The notes under the pieces are model-generated. The model did no database searches and was not told where the DNA came from. It saw only the letters and a list, made by a program, of their open reading frames with translations. 64,000 nucleotides of DNA. Source: an uncultured Ignavibacteria bacterium (GTDB taxonomy: Bacteria > Bacteroidota > Ignavibacteria > SZUA-365). Positions 1 to 9,202 of the stretch are shown here, piece after piece. The stretch lies in contig CAJXVM010000001.1 in assembly GCA_913061095.1 (NCBI GenBank), positions 304,694 through 368,693 on the forward strand, written 5' to 3'. How positions within the stretch are numbered: the stretch's first letter is position 1; the number at the start of each line of letters is the position of its first letter. The translations under genes were made by a program, and so were the position numbers.

Positions 1-3000
1 CGAACGATGCGACCAGCACGCCGGAGACCGTGTAGATCTTGAATTTCGCGCGCGGCGGCAGATGATTGAAGGTCACAAAGCGCTGATACTTGTTGGTTTC
101 GCGCAGATTGGACCCGTAATAAGGATTCGGGAACACATTGATATTGTTGATGTCTTCAACAGCGACTGCTTCCTTGTAGACCGGAGGCATCGTCGTGAAC
201 ACATATTTGTCTTCCGACGAGAACGGCACGTTCGGCGTGATGCGATACAGCGAACCGTCACGCCATGCCTTCTCGACGCCCTGGTACTGCGACTTTAGCA
301 GGTACCATCCCCAGTACAGGATGGGCATTTCACTGCCGCGATCCTGGAGGGAGAAGTCCGGATCAGCGTAGGTCGGATTCGGTGTCTCGGAATACGGCTC
401 GTCGATGATGAAGAGCATCTCACGATCATTGACATCCCAGGTGGGATTGAACATCTCGTTGTTACCGGGACGATTGTTCGCTTCCACCCACGCGTAGGAA
501 AGCTGGCGGTGATTTTCCGGATTTGGATCACTTACATCCCACACCTGAATCGGTGAGTCGAAATAGCCAATGTATCCGTAGTTGGGACGGGTACCGCGAA
601 GGAACATGTATCCCTTCGACGGCTCATCCTCGTTGAAACGGATTTCAACGACTTTCTTGACCTCGTATCCCTTCAGGCTCGAACCGAACTGTCCGGGACG
701 CGCACCGACGGTGCTCGACGTATATCCCATCTGCCAGCTGTAGCCGCCTTCACCCTTCGTGCTTTCGTACGCCTCGAAGACTTCCGGACCGCCTTCCCAC
801 TGGATACGCAGGATTTCGTCATGATTCTCTTTCGGCTCGCCGATGTCGAAGCCGTCGCTGTTGAACTGCTGATAATACCCGGTACCGCTGACACCGATCT
901 TGAAACCATCGAGAACAAAGAATTCCCGATCGAGACCTTCCATTGACATGCTGCCGTCGACCAACAGCTCACCGCTATCGATGTTACGCAGCGACCAGGA
1001 AGAATAATTATCGACCGTGAGGGTCTCGTCGATGAATCCGTCGAGATCGTGGTCATAGGTGGTTTCCACCTGACCGAGGGAATTGAAGCTCACTTCGTAG
1101 CTGTCACCGGTGAGTTCGAGAGGATCAACAACAACCACCTCGACAAAACCGGCACTGACACCATTGGAGTGGCTGACCGGGACCTCATCGTCCGGATCCT
1201 CGCCGAAGCGCCAGCCGGGATCGGTGGTCTGCGGACGCAGTTCGAGTACCACTGGGGTGGACTCCAGCTGACGCTGCGTCGCTTCCGGACTGTCGTTGTA
1301 TGCATAGGATGTCACGGCAAAGTAGTACGGCTGATTGTTGACAAGTGGCCGATCTGTCAGGATGTCCGTCGTTACGTCGTACATGCGCTGCACACCGCCG
1401 TCATTGCCGAACTGTGCGGGCATATCGAGAATGATACCCGACTGCTCGTCGATGATCTCGTCAAAGATCACCGCGACGCCGTCCGTAATGTCATACGTAG
1501 CCAGACGGATACCATCATCGAGCGTTGAACTTCGCGTCGGGAACTGGTACACGTTATAGCCCTGGAATTTGTATCCCTGGCTGTCATGGCCTTCGATTTT
1601 CTCAATCTGCTCGGGATCACCCCACTGCAGGATGATGCGACGGTCAAGCAGTGAAACGTTGACATTCGGCGAAGGCGGTGCCTTCGGAAGATCGAAGTTC
1701 CTGTCAAACGCCGACTGCGCGGTGCGGTCGTAGTACTTGAGCACTTTCAGACTGCTGAGACGGTCGGAACCCTGCGCGACAAGTGTCGCGACAACGACTT
1801 CCTGCGTATCGCCCGCTGCCAGCGTGAACGGCCCTGCCGTCATCAGGAAGCGGCGATCACCCGGACTGTTGACGATACCGTCAATCCAGCCCTCGCCGGT
1901 GAGGGGATCACCCGCGAGACAGACAGTCACTTCGTCGCCCGTCGTCGGATCTACGTAGCGGCGCCCGTTCCAGAGTCGACCGAGCAGGTAGTTGTACATG
2001 TGAATCGAACCCTGTGCAACCTTCAGCGCCGGGTCCGAATAAATCGAGCTTCCGTTGATGTAGAAGGCGAAGGTCGATACCGGCAGATTCCGGTATCCCT
2101 GGCGATAGCCGAAATTATAGACGGCGGAGTCACCGGGACTCTCGATGATCGGTCCCTGGAAGAAGTCATATCCCGCCGCAGGCGGAATGCCGTACACTTC
2201 ATCCTTCGCGAGTCCGTTGTACACAAAGCCGAGACTGAGAGTCGTATCGATACCGACATAGTCATCGAACGCGTCACCCAGATCGGGATCCGACCACTTC
2301 GCAAAATAGGCCTGCTGCAGGTCGCGGATGCTCTTGTTGATCACGGTGTACTTGGTGAACACCATGTTCGAGAGCGGTCCGGTCTGGCTGTAGGCCCACA
2401 CAAGTGTATGCACTTCAAGACCGATCGGCTGGGAACCGTAGAGGTCGCGCACGCGGCGGGGATCGAGATCGTTCGAAACGAACCAGATCGTCTCGTCGCC
2501 CGGCAGCAGCGGTGTATCAGAGATGCACTCATCGTAGCCGACGGTGAGGAATTCATTGAAGTCGGGCTCGTAGACACCATTGCCGTTGTTGTCGTTCCAG
2601 GGAGCACCCATATCGACGGGCCACTCTTCATAGTCGGTGCGCATCTGGTTCTGGAACTCGAGGTCATCGAGTTCGTTGTACGTATTCTGGTCCATCTTGC
2701 GGATCTTGTAAATACGGTTGCGCGGATCGCTGGGATCGGCAGCCGTTTCGGAGTCGATCATCGGACCGGCCTGCAGACCGGGGTTATAGGTCGCACCACC
2801 GACGTACACTTCGCCGTCGATGAGACCGCCCCAGATGATACCGTCGGTGAAGACGGCATATCTCGCGCTGCCCTGCGGCCATTCGAAGCCGGAGCCGCTG
2901 GTATTGGGATTGTGCGCCATGCGGCCGTTGTTCGACATCCACATGAGGCAGTTGTTGACAGAGATGAAATCCCAGACGTCGTTGTCGGCCGTCTTGGCAA

Positions 3001-3103
3001 GGGATTGTTCATCCTTTTCCGTGCCCTCCGGAGACTCCGCAAACGCGGGAACAACCAGCGCCAGCAGGAGCAGAGGGATGAGCAAGTGCATGAGTCGTTT
3101 CAT
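1..3103 (-). CDS. Large secreted protein (>1030 aa, 3' end outside window) with T9SS-type C-terminal sorting-domain-like region
   Basis: Not in the ORF track because it runs off the edge. I translated both ends by hand and they are in the same frame. Start MKRLMHLLIPLLLLALVVPAFA (signal peptide, GGAG upstream), then NNCLMWMSNNG..GFEWP. Window end reads INVFPNPYYGSN..FVTFNHLPPRAKFKIYTVSGVLV, a CTD-like PNP/IYTxSGxLV pattern. Confidence 0.8.
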   Translation of the reverse strand, partial: MKRLMHLLIPLLLLALVVPAFAESPEGTEKDEQSLAKTADNDVWDFISVNNCLMWMSNNGRMAHNPNTSGSGFEWPQGSARYAVFTDGIIWGGLIDGEVYVGGATYNPGLQAGPMIDSETAADPSDPRNRIYKIRKMDQNTYNELDDLEFQNQMRTDYEEWPVDMGAPWNDNNGNGVYEPDFNEFLTVGYDECISDTPLLPGDETIWFVSNDLDPRRVRDLYGSQPIGLEVHTLVWAYSQTGPLSNMVFTKYTVINKSIRDLQQAYFAKWSDPDLGDAFDDYVGIDTTLSLGFVYNGLAKDEVYGIPPAAGYDFFQGPIIESPGDSAVYNFGYRQGYRNLPVSTFAFYINGSSIYSDPALKVAQGSIHMYNYLLGRLWNGRRYVDPTTGDEVTVCLAGDPLTGEGWIDGIVNSPGDRRFLMTAGPFTLAAGDTQEVVVATLVAQGSDRLSSLKVLKYYDRTAQSAFDRNFDLPKAPPSPNVNVSLLDRRIILQWGDPEQIEKIEGHDSQGYKFQGYNVYQFPTRSSTLDDGIRLATYDITDGVAVIFDEIIDEQSGIILDMPAQFGNDGGVQRMYDVTTDILTDRPLVNNQPYYFAVTSYAYNDSPEATQRQLESTPVVLELRPQTTDPGWRFGEDPDDEVPVSHSNGVSAGFVEVVVVDPLELTGDSYEVSFNSLGQVETTYDHDLDGFIDETLTVDNYSSWSLRNIDSGELLVDGSMSMEGLDREFFVLDGFKIGVSGTGYYQQFNSDGFDIGEPKENHDEILRIQWEGGPEVFEAYESTKGEGGYSWQMGYTSSTVGARPGQFGSSLKGYEVKKVVEIRFNEDEPSKGYMFLRGTRPNYGYIGYFDSPIQVWDVSDPNPENHRQLSYAWVEANNRPGNNEMFNPTWDVNDREMLFIIDEPYSETPNPTYADPDFSLQDRGSEMPILYWGWYLLKSQYQGVEKAWRDGSLYRITPNVPFSSEDKYVFTTMPPVYKEAVAVEDINNINVFPNPYYGSNLRETNKYQRFVTFNHLPPRAKFKIYTVSGVLVASF

Positions 3104-3154
3104 GTATGATTTCTCCAACGTTCGTTTCCTGTTGAATTCTGCCTGTGGCTTTGA

Positions 3155-6124
3155 TTAGAAGTTCACGCGAACACCGAACCAGACGCGACGGGGCGCGGAG
3201 TAGAGTCCGGCATTCATCAGGACCTGCTGATAATAGAAATCCTCGTACAGCTCGCGGAAGATCTGACCGTAAGACTCGTAGGTAGCCAGACGGGTCTGTC
3301 CTTCGTCCGTGGAGAGGAAATTGTTGCTTTCCGCACTTCCTGATGTCTCGTATTCACCCAGCACGTTCTTGATGTTCAGAATGTTGCTGACACGAATGTA
3401 GAAGTTCCAATCGAGCGGACCGATGGTGACGGTCTTGTCGAAACGCGCATCGAGGTTGAACACCCACGGTGTGCGCGATTCGTTCAGCGGCTCGATGGGC
3501 GTACGGCGGTCGCCGAAGCTGAATTCGTTGACGCGCGTGTAGGGACTGCCGGAATGGAACGTGAACAGGAAGTTGGCACCGAAACGTTCGAGAATGTTTG
3601 TGCCGAAGAGCATCGGACCATCTTCGCGACCAAACCGATAATCGATGTTGATCGATCCGCGATGCGTCTGGTCAAAAGCCAGCGTCATTGGGTACTTCGG
3701 AAGGAAGGGCGTCTCGGTCGGTGACAGCCACAGTGCGCGGAAATGACTCGACGGGGACGATCCCGTGCCGCGGGCGCTGCTGTACGTGTAGTTCGCCGAC
3801 ATCATGATGCGTTCGGTGCGGCGCAGCGTGATCTGCAGCGAAGCACCGGTCGTCGTGGCGAAGTCGCCGTTCACCCACGCATAGTATGAGGGATGCTCTG
3901 CACCAAACTCCGAGGGAATCAACTGCTGCTGAATCTGGTCACGGATATCCTTGTAGAATGCCCCGATATCGAAGGCGAGATTATCGGTCACCTGCTGGCG
4001 GAAACCGAAGTCGTACTGAATCGTGCGTTCCGGCTTCAGACCGAATCCGACGGGATTCGAGACGGCATATCCACCCTTGATCTGCGATGCAATCGTGGCA
4101 CTGCCCAGATACACGTCACGCAGACGCGACTGCTGCACGAAGGTGCCGTACTGTGCGTAAAACACCGTGCGGTCGGTCACAGGGAAGGAGAAACCGATAC
4201 GCGGACTGACGGTCGTGGACGGCTCGACATCCTTCAGGTTGTCGGAGCTCTGGTCAATCAGTCCTTCAGGGGTAAACTTGATGTTATTGGGATTTACGAA
4301 TTCCTTTGAATTCGTGTTGATGTAATCGTAGCGGAAACCGAGGTTGATGACGAGGTCTTCCAGCTCGATTTTGTCCAGGGCGTAAAACGCCGCGAACACC
4401 GGCTCCTTGGGTCCGTCAGGACCGCTGTCGACCGGACGTCCGTAATAATCATATCCGAAATTGTTCGTTCCCATCGAACCGGCGATCTCGAGCTCGGTCG
4501 CGTCAGGGCTGTTGCGCAGGAAGCGGGCAAGACTGAATGCGCTCACGCCGTAGGAGCGGATCGAATACTGCGAGAACTCACCACCGGTCTTGATCTCATG
4601 CGTGCGTCCGATCTGATGCACGAAGTTGATCTTTCCCTGGATGGAGTTGTACCCGCTCTTGACGTACGAGCGCCTGAGGGGATAGCCTGCGGGAACAAAG
4701 CTCGCGCCCATCACCGTGATCGGCTGCTCGGTGATTCCGTCCGCGTCGAGATGATAGCCGAACTGGGCGTTGGCGATGGAGTCGCCGTATCCGAAAATAT
4801 TGTGACGCAGATCCGGATCCATTGAAACGCCGAAGTTCCCGGCGTATCCCAGATAGATTTCATAGAAGGTCGAGGGGCTGAGCAGGTGCGTGAATTTCCC
4901 GTTGAGACTGTAGTTCTCACTCTCGGTAAAGGTCGCGCGCTGCTCTGCAAGCTGCGTGGTCAGTCCCGCGCCGCCGTTGCTTTCCCCGGTACCATAGGAA
5001 CCGTCAATACGAATATTGATAGGATTCAGATCGAAGGTCAGGTTTCCGTTGACCAGCCAGTTCTGGCTTGCGGCATTGAGGAAATATCCACCCGGGAATC
5101 GATAGTCGACCTTCTGCGCGGCCGAACCGAGACGGGGATCGAAAATACCGATCTTCTCCTGTTCCTCTTCCGGAAGCAACGCATGTGCCTCGGTCTGGCG
5201 AAGCAGCGGATCGTACTTGGTGGTCAGATCATAATCTTCACGCCAGCCGGAAGTCGGCGTGCGCGAAAATGCATTCTGCCCGGCAACGAAAAATTTCACC
5301 GGCCCGTAGAGCGGACCGCCGGCGGTAATGATGTATGTGCTGGAACCGCTCTTGTACGTTCCAAGCGTGCGCTCGCCGTAGTCGGCCCACGGATAGTTGT
5401 CCGTAAAGGCTTCGAATTCCACGCGAAGCTTCCGGCCGCCGGTGCGGGTCGTCGTGCTGATCAGTCCCGCATTCGCACCACCGAATTCGGCAGAGTAACC
5501 GCCTGCTTGAAGACTCTGCTCAGCGATGGCGTTGTTGATCACCGAAATCGAACGGCCGCCGAACATCGGGTCGTTGACCATCATGCCATTGATGACATAC
5601 CCGGTCGCATCGGCGCGGCTGCCGCGCACGTGAAGACCGGCACCCGATGACACGACACCGGCCTGGATCGCGGTGATGCTTTCAACGCCGCGCACAGGCA
5701 GGTTTTCGATATCTTCCTGCGTGACGGTCGACTTGCTGTTGGTGACATTCTTGTCCACCAGCGGCTTCTCCGCCACGATGATGACCTCTTCCATCTTGTA
5801 GGAATCGGAGGGCAGCTTGATGTCTTTTGTAGTCGTTTCGTTCGACCGGACGAGAACGTTTTCCACTGTGATGGCCTGGTAGCCGATATAGCTGACCTTG
5901 ATGCTGACCTTGCCGATGGGCACGTTCAGAACTACGTAACCGCCGTTGGCATCGGTCGCCGCGCCGCGGGTGGTCCCTCCTGAGTTGACAATCACGTTCG
6001 CTCCGATCAGCGGTTCTCCCGTTTCGAGATCCGTGACCTTACCGGATACCTTTCCTGTCTGGGCCATCAGGCCAGCCGGGAAAAGCCCGAGCAAAAGCAG
6101 AACGAGCAGTAGCTTTTTGTGCAT
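3155..6124 (-). CDS. TonB-dependent receptor with N-terminal carboxypeptidase-regulatory-like domain
   Basis: Signal peptide, GKVSGKVTD..GEPLIGANV domain, plug motifs (LHVRGSR, GGYSAEFG), PRIGFSFP, C-terminal GVRVNF. GGAGG precedes the ATG at 6124. Confidence 0.9.
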   Translation of the reverse strand: MHKKLLLVLLLLGLFPAGLMAQTGKVSGKVTDLETGEPLIGANVIVNSGGTTRGAATDANGGYVVLNVPIGKVSIKVSYIGYQAITVENVLVRSNETTTKDIKLPSDSYKMEEVIIVAEKPLVDKNVTNSKSTVTQEDIENLPVRGVESITAIQAGVVSSGAGLHVRGSRADATGYVINGMMVNDPMFGGRSISVINNAIAEQSLQAGGYSAEFGGANAGLISTTTRTGGRKLRVEFEAFTDNYPWADYGERTLGTYKSGSSTYIITAGGPLYGPVKFFVAGQNAFSRTPTSGWREDYDLTTKYDPLLRQTEAHALLPEEEQEKIGIFDPRLGSAAQKVDYRFPGGYFLNAASQNWLVNGNLTFDLNPINIRIDGSYGTGESNGGAGLTTQLAEQRATFTESENYSLNGKFTHLLSPSTFYEIYLGYAGNFGVSMDPDLRHNIFGYGDSIANAQFGYHLDADGITEQPITVMGASFVPAGYPLRRSYVKSGYNSIQGKINFVHQIGRTHEIKTGGEFSQYSIRSYGVSAFSLARFLRNSPDATELEIAGSMGTNNFGYDYYGRPVDSGPDGPKEPVFAAFYALDKIELEDLVINLGFRYDYINTNSKEFVNPNNIKFTPEGLIDQSSDNLKDVEPSTTVSPRIGFSFPVTDRTVFYAQYGTFVQQSRLRDVYLGSATIASQIKGGYAVSNPVGFGLKPERTIQYDFGFRQQVTDNLAFDIGAFYKDIRDQIQQQLIPSEFGAEHPSYYAWVNGDFATTTGASLQITLRRTERIMMSANYTYSSARGTGSSPSSHFRALWLSPTETPFLPKYPMTLAFDQTHRGSINIDYRFGREDGPMLFGTNILERFGANFLFTFHSGSPYTRVNEFSFGDRRTPIEPLNESRTPWVFNLDARFDKTVTIGPLDWNFYIRVSNILNIKNVLGEYETSGSAESNNFLSTDEGQTRLATYESYGQIFRELYEDFYYQQVLMNAGLYSAPRRVWFGVRVNF

Positions 6125-6723
6125 ACGAGCCTCCATTGGGTTAAAAGCTAATACCTATCGTAAAAAACTGGCTGTAATTCTATGCGAGCGAAGGGATGTG
6201 TCCATCCCGTGCGTATCGTGGTCAATCAGTCCGATGGACATGCTGCGGACAGAACTCGGGCTGTTCGTCCTGCCGCTTTCTAGACACAGTTTCCCGCAAA
6301 GCGTTACGCGGGGAACGGTGGTGAGATGCTGTCTGCAGGAATGGGAAGGCAGGAATTGCCTCAACGCATGAACCGCGAGATGGGGGACTGGTACAAATTG
6401 CGTCGCCAATGCTTCCGTCAAACCTTCTGATGGTGGTAACAATCGTCTCCAGTGTTCTGCTGGGGTGGGACACCGCGCCGGGCGGTACCTGGGCTCTGTG
6501 ACTTCGGGTACAAACCCGGCAAGCCATGTCATCGCAATATCAGATTTTACAATCTGTTTTCCAAGCGCGGCATCGCTTTCAAATAACGAAACCTCGTGCC
6601 GTGCCGCATACGGGAAGGTTCGCAGGGTAGTCGAAAGTTAAGATCAAGGTAATAAAGAATTTGGATTCATCATAGCATGTCCGACAGTTGGAACGCTTCC
6701 GGAGGAATTCGTATGTTTCCCGC

Positions 6724-8469
6724 ATGAATGCGCTGCTGATCATGCTGATCTCCTTCGTGGGATACATCCTGATGTACCGTTTCTACGGGCGGTTCATCGG
6801 GCGCAGGATTTTCCTGATCAGCAACCGCAACCGCGTCCCTTCCGTTGAATTCGAGGACGGCATCGATTACGTGCCGACCCGGAAAGAAATCATCTTCGGA
6901 CATCATTTCACGTCGATCGCCGGCACGGGACCCATCGTCGGTCCGGCAATCGCGATCATCTGGGGCTGGCTCCCCGCCCTTCTGTGGGTGTTCGTGGGAA
7001 GCATCGTCATGGGCGCCGTGCACGATTTCGGCGCGCTCGTCATCTCGATGCGCAACCAGGGAAAATCCATCTCCGACTACACCTCGCGGTACATCAACCC
7101 GCGCACCCGTTTCTTTTTCTTTCTCATCGTCTTCCTCGAGCTGTGGATCGTCATGTCCATTTTCGGACTGGTCATCGCGGTCATCTTCAGCATCTTCCCC
7201 AGCTCGGTGCTGCCGGTCTGGCTGCAGATCCCCATCGCGATGGGACTCGGCGTGATGATTTACCGGCGCGGCGGCAGTCTGACGGGCTGGTCGTTCACGG
7301 CTGTCGCGCTGATGTACGCGACCATCGTGGCGGGTTCCTTCCTCCCGCTCGAAATGCCTACGCTGTTCGGCATGCCGGCACCCGGCGTCTGGACCATCAT
7401 CCTGCTGCTCTACGCCTACTTCGCCTCCGTGTTGCCGGTGACCACCCTCCTGCAGCCGCGCGATTTCATCAATGCCTACCAGCTCATCATCGCAATGCTG
7501 CTGCTTGTCGGGGGCGTACTTTTCTCGGCGTTCGCGGGCAGCCTGTCCATCGTCGCACCGGCATTCCAGTCCGCACCCGAAGCTGCGCCGCCGCTGTGGC
7601 CCTTCCTCTTCATCACCATCGCCTGCGGCGCCATTTCGGGATTTCATGCTCTCGTGTCATCCGGAACATCGGCGAAGCAGGTGCGGCAGGAGGACGACGC
7701 ACTGTTCGTGGGCTACGGCTCCATGCTCGTCGAAGGCGCGCTCGCGACACTCGTCATCATTGCCGTGGCGGCAGGCATCGGCATGGGATACACCGCGCGG
7801 TCGGGTGAATACCTGACCGGCGTTTCCGCGTGGACAAACCATTACGCCTCCTGGGCGGCCGCGGCCGGACTGGGCTCGAAAATCAAAGCCTTTGTTGACG
7901 GAGCGGCCAACATGATCAGTGTCATCGGCATCCCGCGACATATCGCGGTCGTCGTCATGGGCGTCTTCGTCGCATCCTTTGCGGGCACAACGCTCGACAC
8001 CGCGACACGCATTCAGCGCTACATCATCACCGAGCTGTTCACCACACTGCGGGTGAAAGCGTTCCGCAACCGCTACCTCGCGACGGGACTCGCGGTGCTC
8101 AGCGCCGCCGTTCTTGCATTCGCATCCGGAGCCGACGGCAAGGGCGCGCTGAGTCTCTGGCCGCTGTTCGGTGCCGTAAACCAGACGCTCGCTGCTCTGG
8201 CGCTGATCGTCGTCACACTCTACCTTCGCGCGCAGGGTGGCTGGAAATGGATATACGCCGGTCTCCCCGCGGCGTTCATGAGTATCATCACGCTGTGGGC
8301 AGCCGTGCTCAACCAGCTGCAGTTCGGCACCGAACACAACCTGCTGCTGCAGATCATCAACGTCGTCATCATTCTTGTCATCCTGTGGGTAACCATCGAG
8401 GGCGTCATCCGCTTCTTCCGCACCGTACCCGATTCCACCCGTGTCACCGGCGCCGTGCGGGAATCATGA
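6724..8469 (+). CDS. cstA: Carbon starvation protein A family peptide/pyruvate transporter
   Basis: Signature motifs DGIDYVPT..FGHHFTSIAGTGPIVGP, GAVHDF, LLQPRD, FITIACGAISGFH, YGSMLVEG, TTLDTATR, LWPLFGAVNQ. Confidence 0.95.
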   Translation: MNALLIMLISFVGYILMYRFYGRFIGRRIFLISNRNRVPSVEFEDGIDYVPTRKEIIFGHHFTSIAGTGPIVGPAIAIIWGWLPALLWVFVGSIVMGAVHDFGALVISMRNQGKSISDYTSRYINPRTRFFFFLIVFLELWIVMSIFGLVIAVIFSIFPSSVLPVWLQIPIAMGLGVMIYRRGGSLTGWSFTAVALMYATIVAGSFLPLEMPTLFGMPAPGVWTIILLLYAYFASVLPVTTLLQPRDFINAYQLIIAMLLLVGGVLFSAFAGSLSIVAPAFQSAPEAAPPLWPFLFITIACGAISGFHALVSSGTSAKQVRQEDDALFVGYGSMLVEGALATLVIIAVAAGIGMGYTARSGEYLTGVSAWTNHYASWAAAAGLGSKIKAFVDGAANMISVIGIPRHIAVVVMGVFVASFAGTTLDTATRIQRYIITELFTTLRVKAFRNRYLATGLAVLSAAVLAFASGADGKGALSLWPLFGAVNQTLAALALIVVTLYLRAQGGWKWIYAGLPAAFMSIITLWAAVLNQLQFGTEHNLLLQIINVVIILVILWVTIEGVIRFFRTVPDSTRVTGAVRES

Positions 8470-8918
8470 CCAACGAAGAACTCCTGCGGAGACGCCTCCG
8501 AACGTCGTATTTCGCGCTCGCCACACCGGCCGCCGCCGCCGTGCTCGCGATCGAACTCCTGCGCGAATTCCGTGGTTTCGAAGGCGTCAACCTTCCTGGG
8601 AAACTCGCCCTGGAAGTGCCGGTCTTTGTTCTGGCCGCCGCGACCGGACTCGCGCTGCCCATTCTCTACCGCGCGCTGTTCGTCTCCGTGCACCGAAAGC
8701 ACATGCATGTGTCGATCGACCTGCTGTACCGCTACGAATACAACACGATCATCCTTGCCATGCTGACGCCGTACAGCGCGTTTGTCGCATCACTCTTCGC
8801 CTTTGAGGCCTTCTACGCGGCAGGCATTTACCTCTTCACGCTCTATGCCGCCTATTTCTATTATCCCTCGCGGCGGCGCATCGAGTCCGAAATGCGCATC
8901 TTCCGGGTGCAGTCATGA
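8466..8918 (+). CDS. Uncharacterised 150-aa membrane protein (about 4 TM)
   Basis: ATGA overlap with the cstA stop and with the next gene; hydrophobic segments; C-terminal YYPSRRRIESEMRIF. Confidence 0.75.
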   Translation: MTNEELLRRRLRTSYFALATPAAAAVLAIELLREFRGFEGVNLPGKLALEVPVFVLAAATGLALPILYRALFVSVHRKHMHVSIDLLYRYEYNTIILAMLTPYSAFVASLFAFEAFYAAGIYLFTLYAAYFYYPSRRRIESEMRIFRVQS

Positions 8919-9202
8919 GCCGGGGCGAACGGCTGCGCGAGGCGCTCCGGCGCATCCTCGACACGCTCGACGCCATGCAGCGCGGAAAAGCGACCGAAGC
9001 GGTCGAGTGGGAAATGCAGGAGCTGCGGCAGGTCTTCGCCCTGCTCGTGATGGGCGAGGCGGTGGGACTGCCCGCCCCGCCGGGTGAGCTGACTCTCGAA
9101 CTCCTGCCCGAGATGGAGGATGAACTGCGCCTGCTGCTGCAGCGCATCGATACGGCGCAGACACCGTTCTCCCAGCTGTTTTCCTCACTGCCGATGGAGT
9201 GA
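8915..9202 (+). CDS. Small helical CstA/ArsA-associated protein (resembles cory-CC-star-like proteins but has no terminal CC)
   Basis: 95 aa, coupled by ATGA/GTGA overlaps; core motif FALLVMGEAVGLPAPPGELTLELLP. Confidence 0.7.
   Translation: MSRGERLREALRRILDTLDAMQRGKATEAVEWEMQELRQVFALLVMGEAVGLPAPPGELTLELLPEMEDELRLLLQRIDTAQTPFSQLFSSLPME

Noticed and set aside
2000-3109. 369-aa plus-strand ORF and other long antisense ORFs (e.g. 20553..22178, 24311..25900, 33255..34304, 36890..38554, 49640..50974)
   Set aside because: Shadow ORFs opposite well-supported genes, expected from high-GC codon bias; no recognisable motifs.
6305-6362. Cobalamin riboswitch (GGGAA..GGTG..GGGAAGGC fragments)
   Set aside because: It is on the wrong strand for the TBDR and lacks the CCC..ACTGT, GCCACTG and AGYCAGRAGACC elements.
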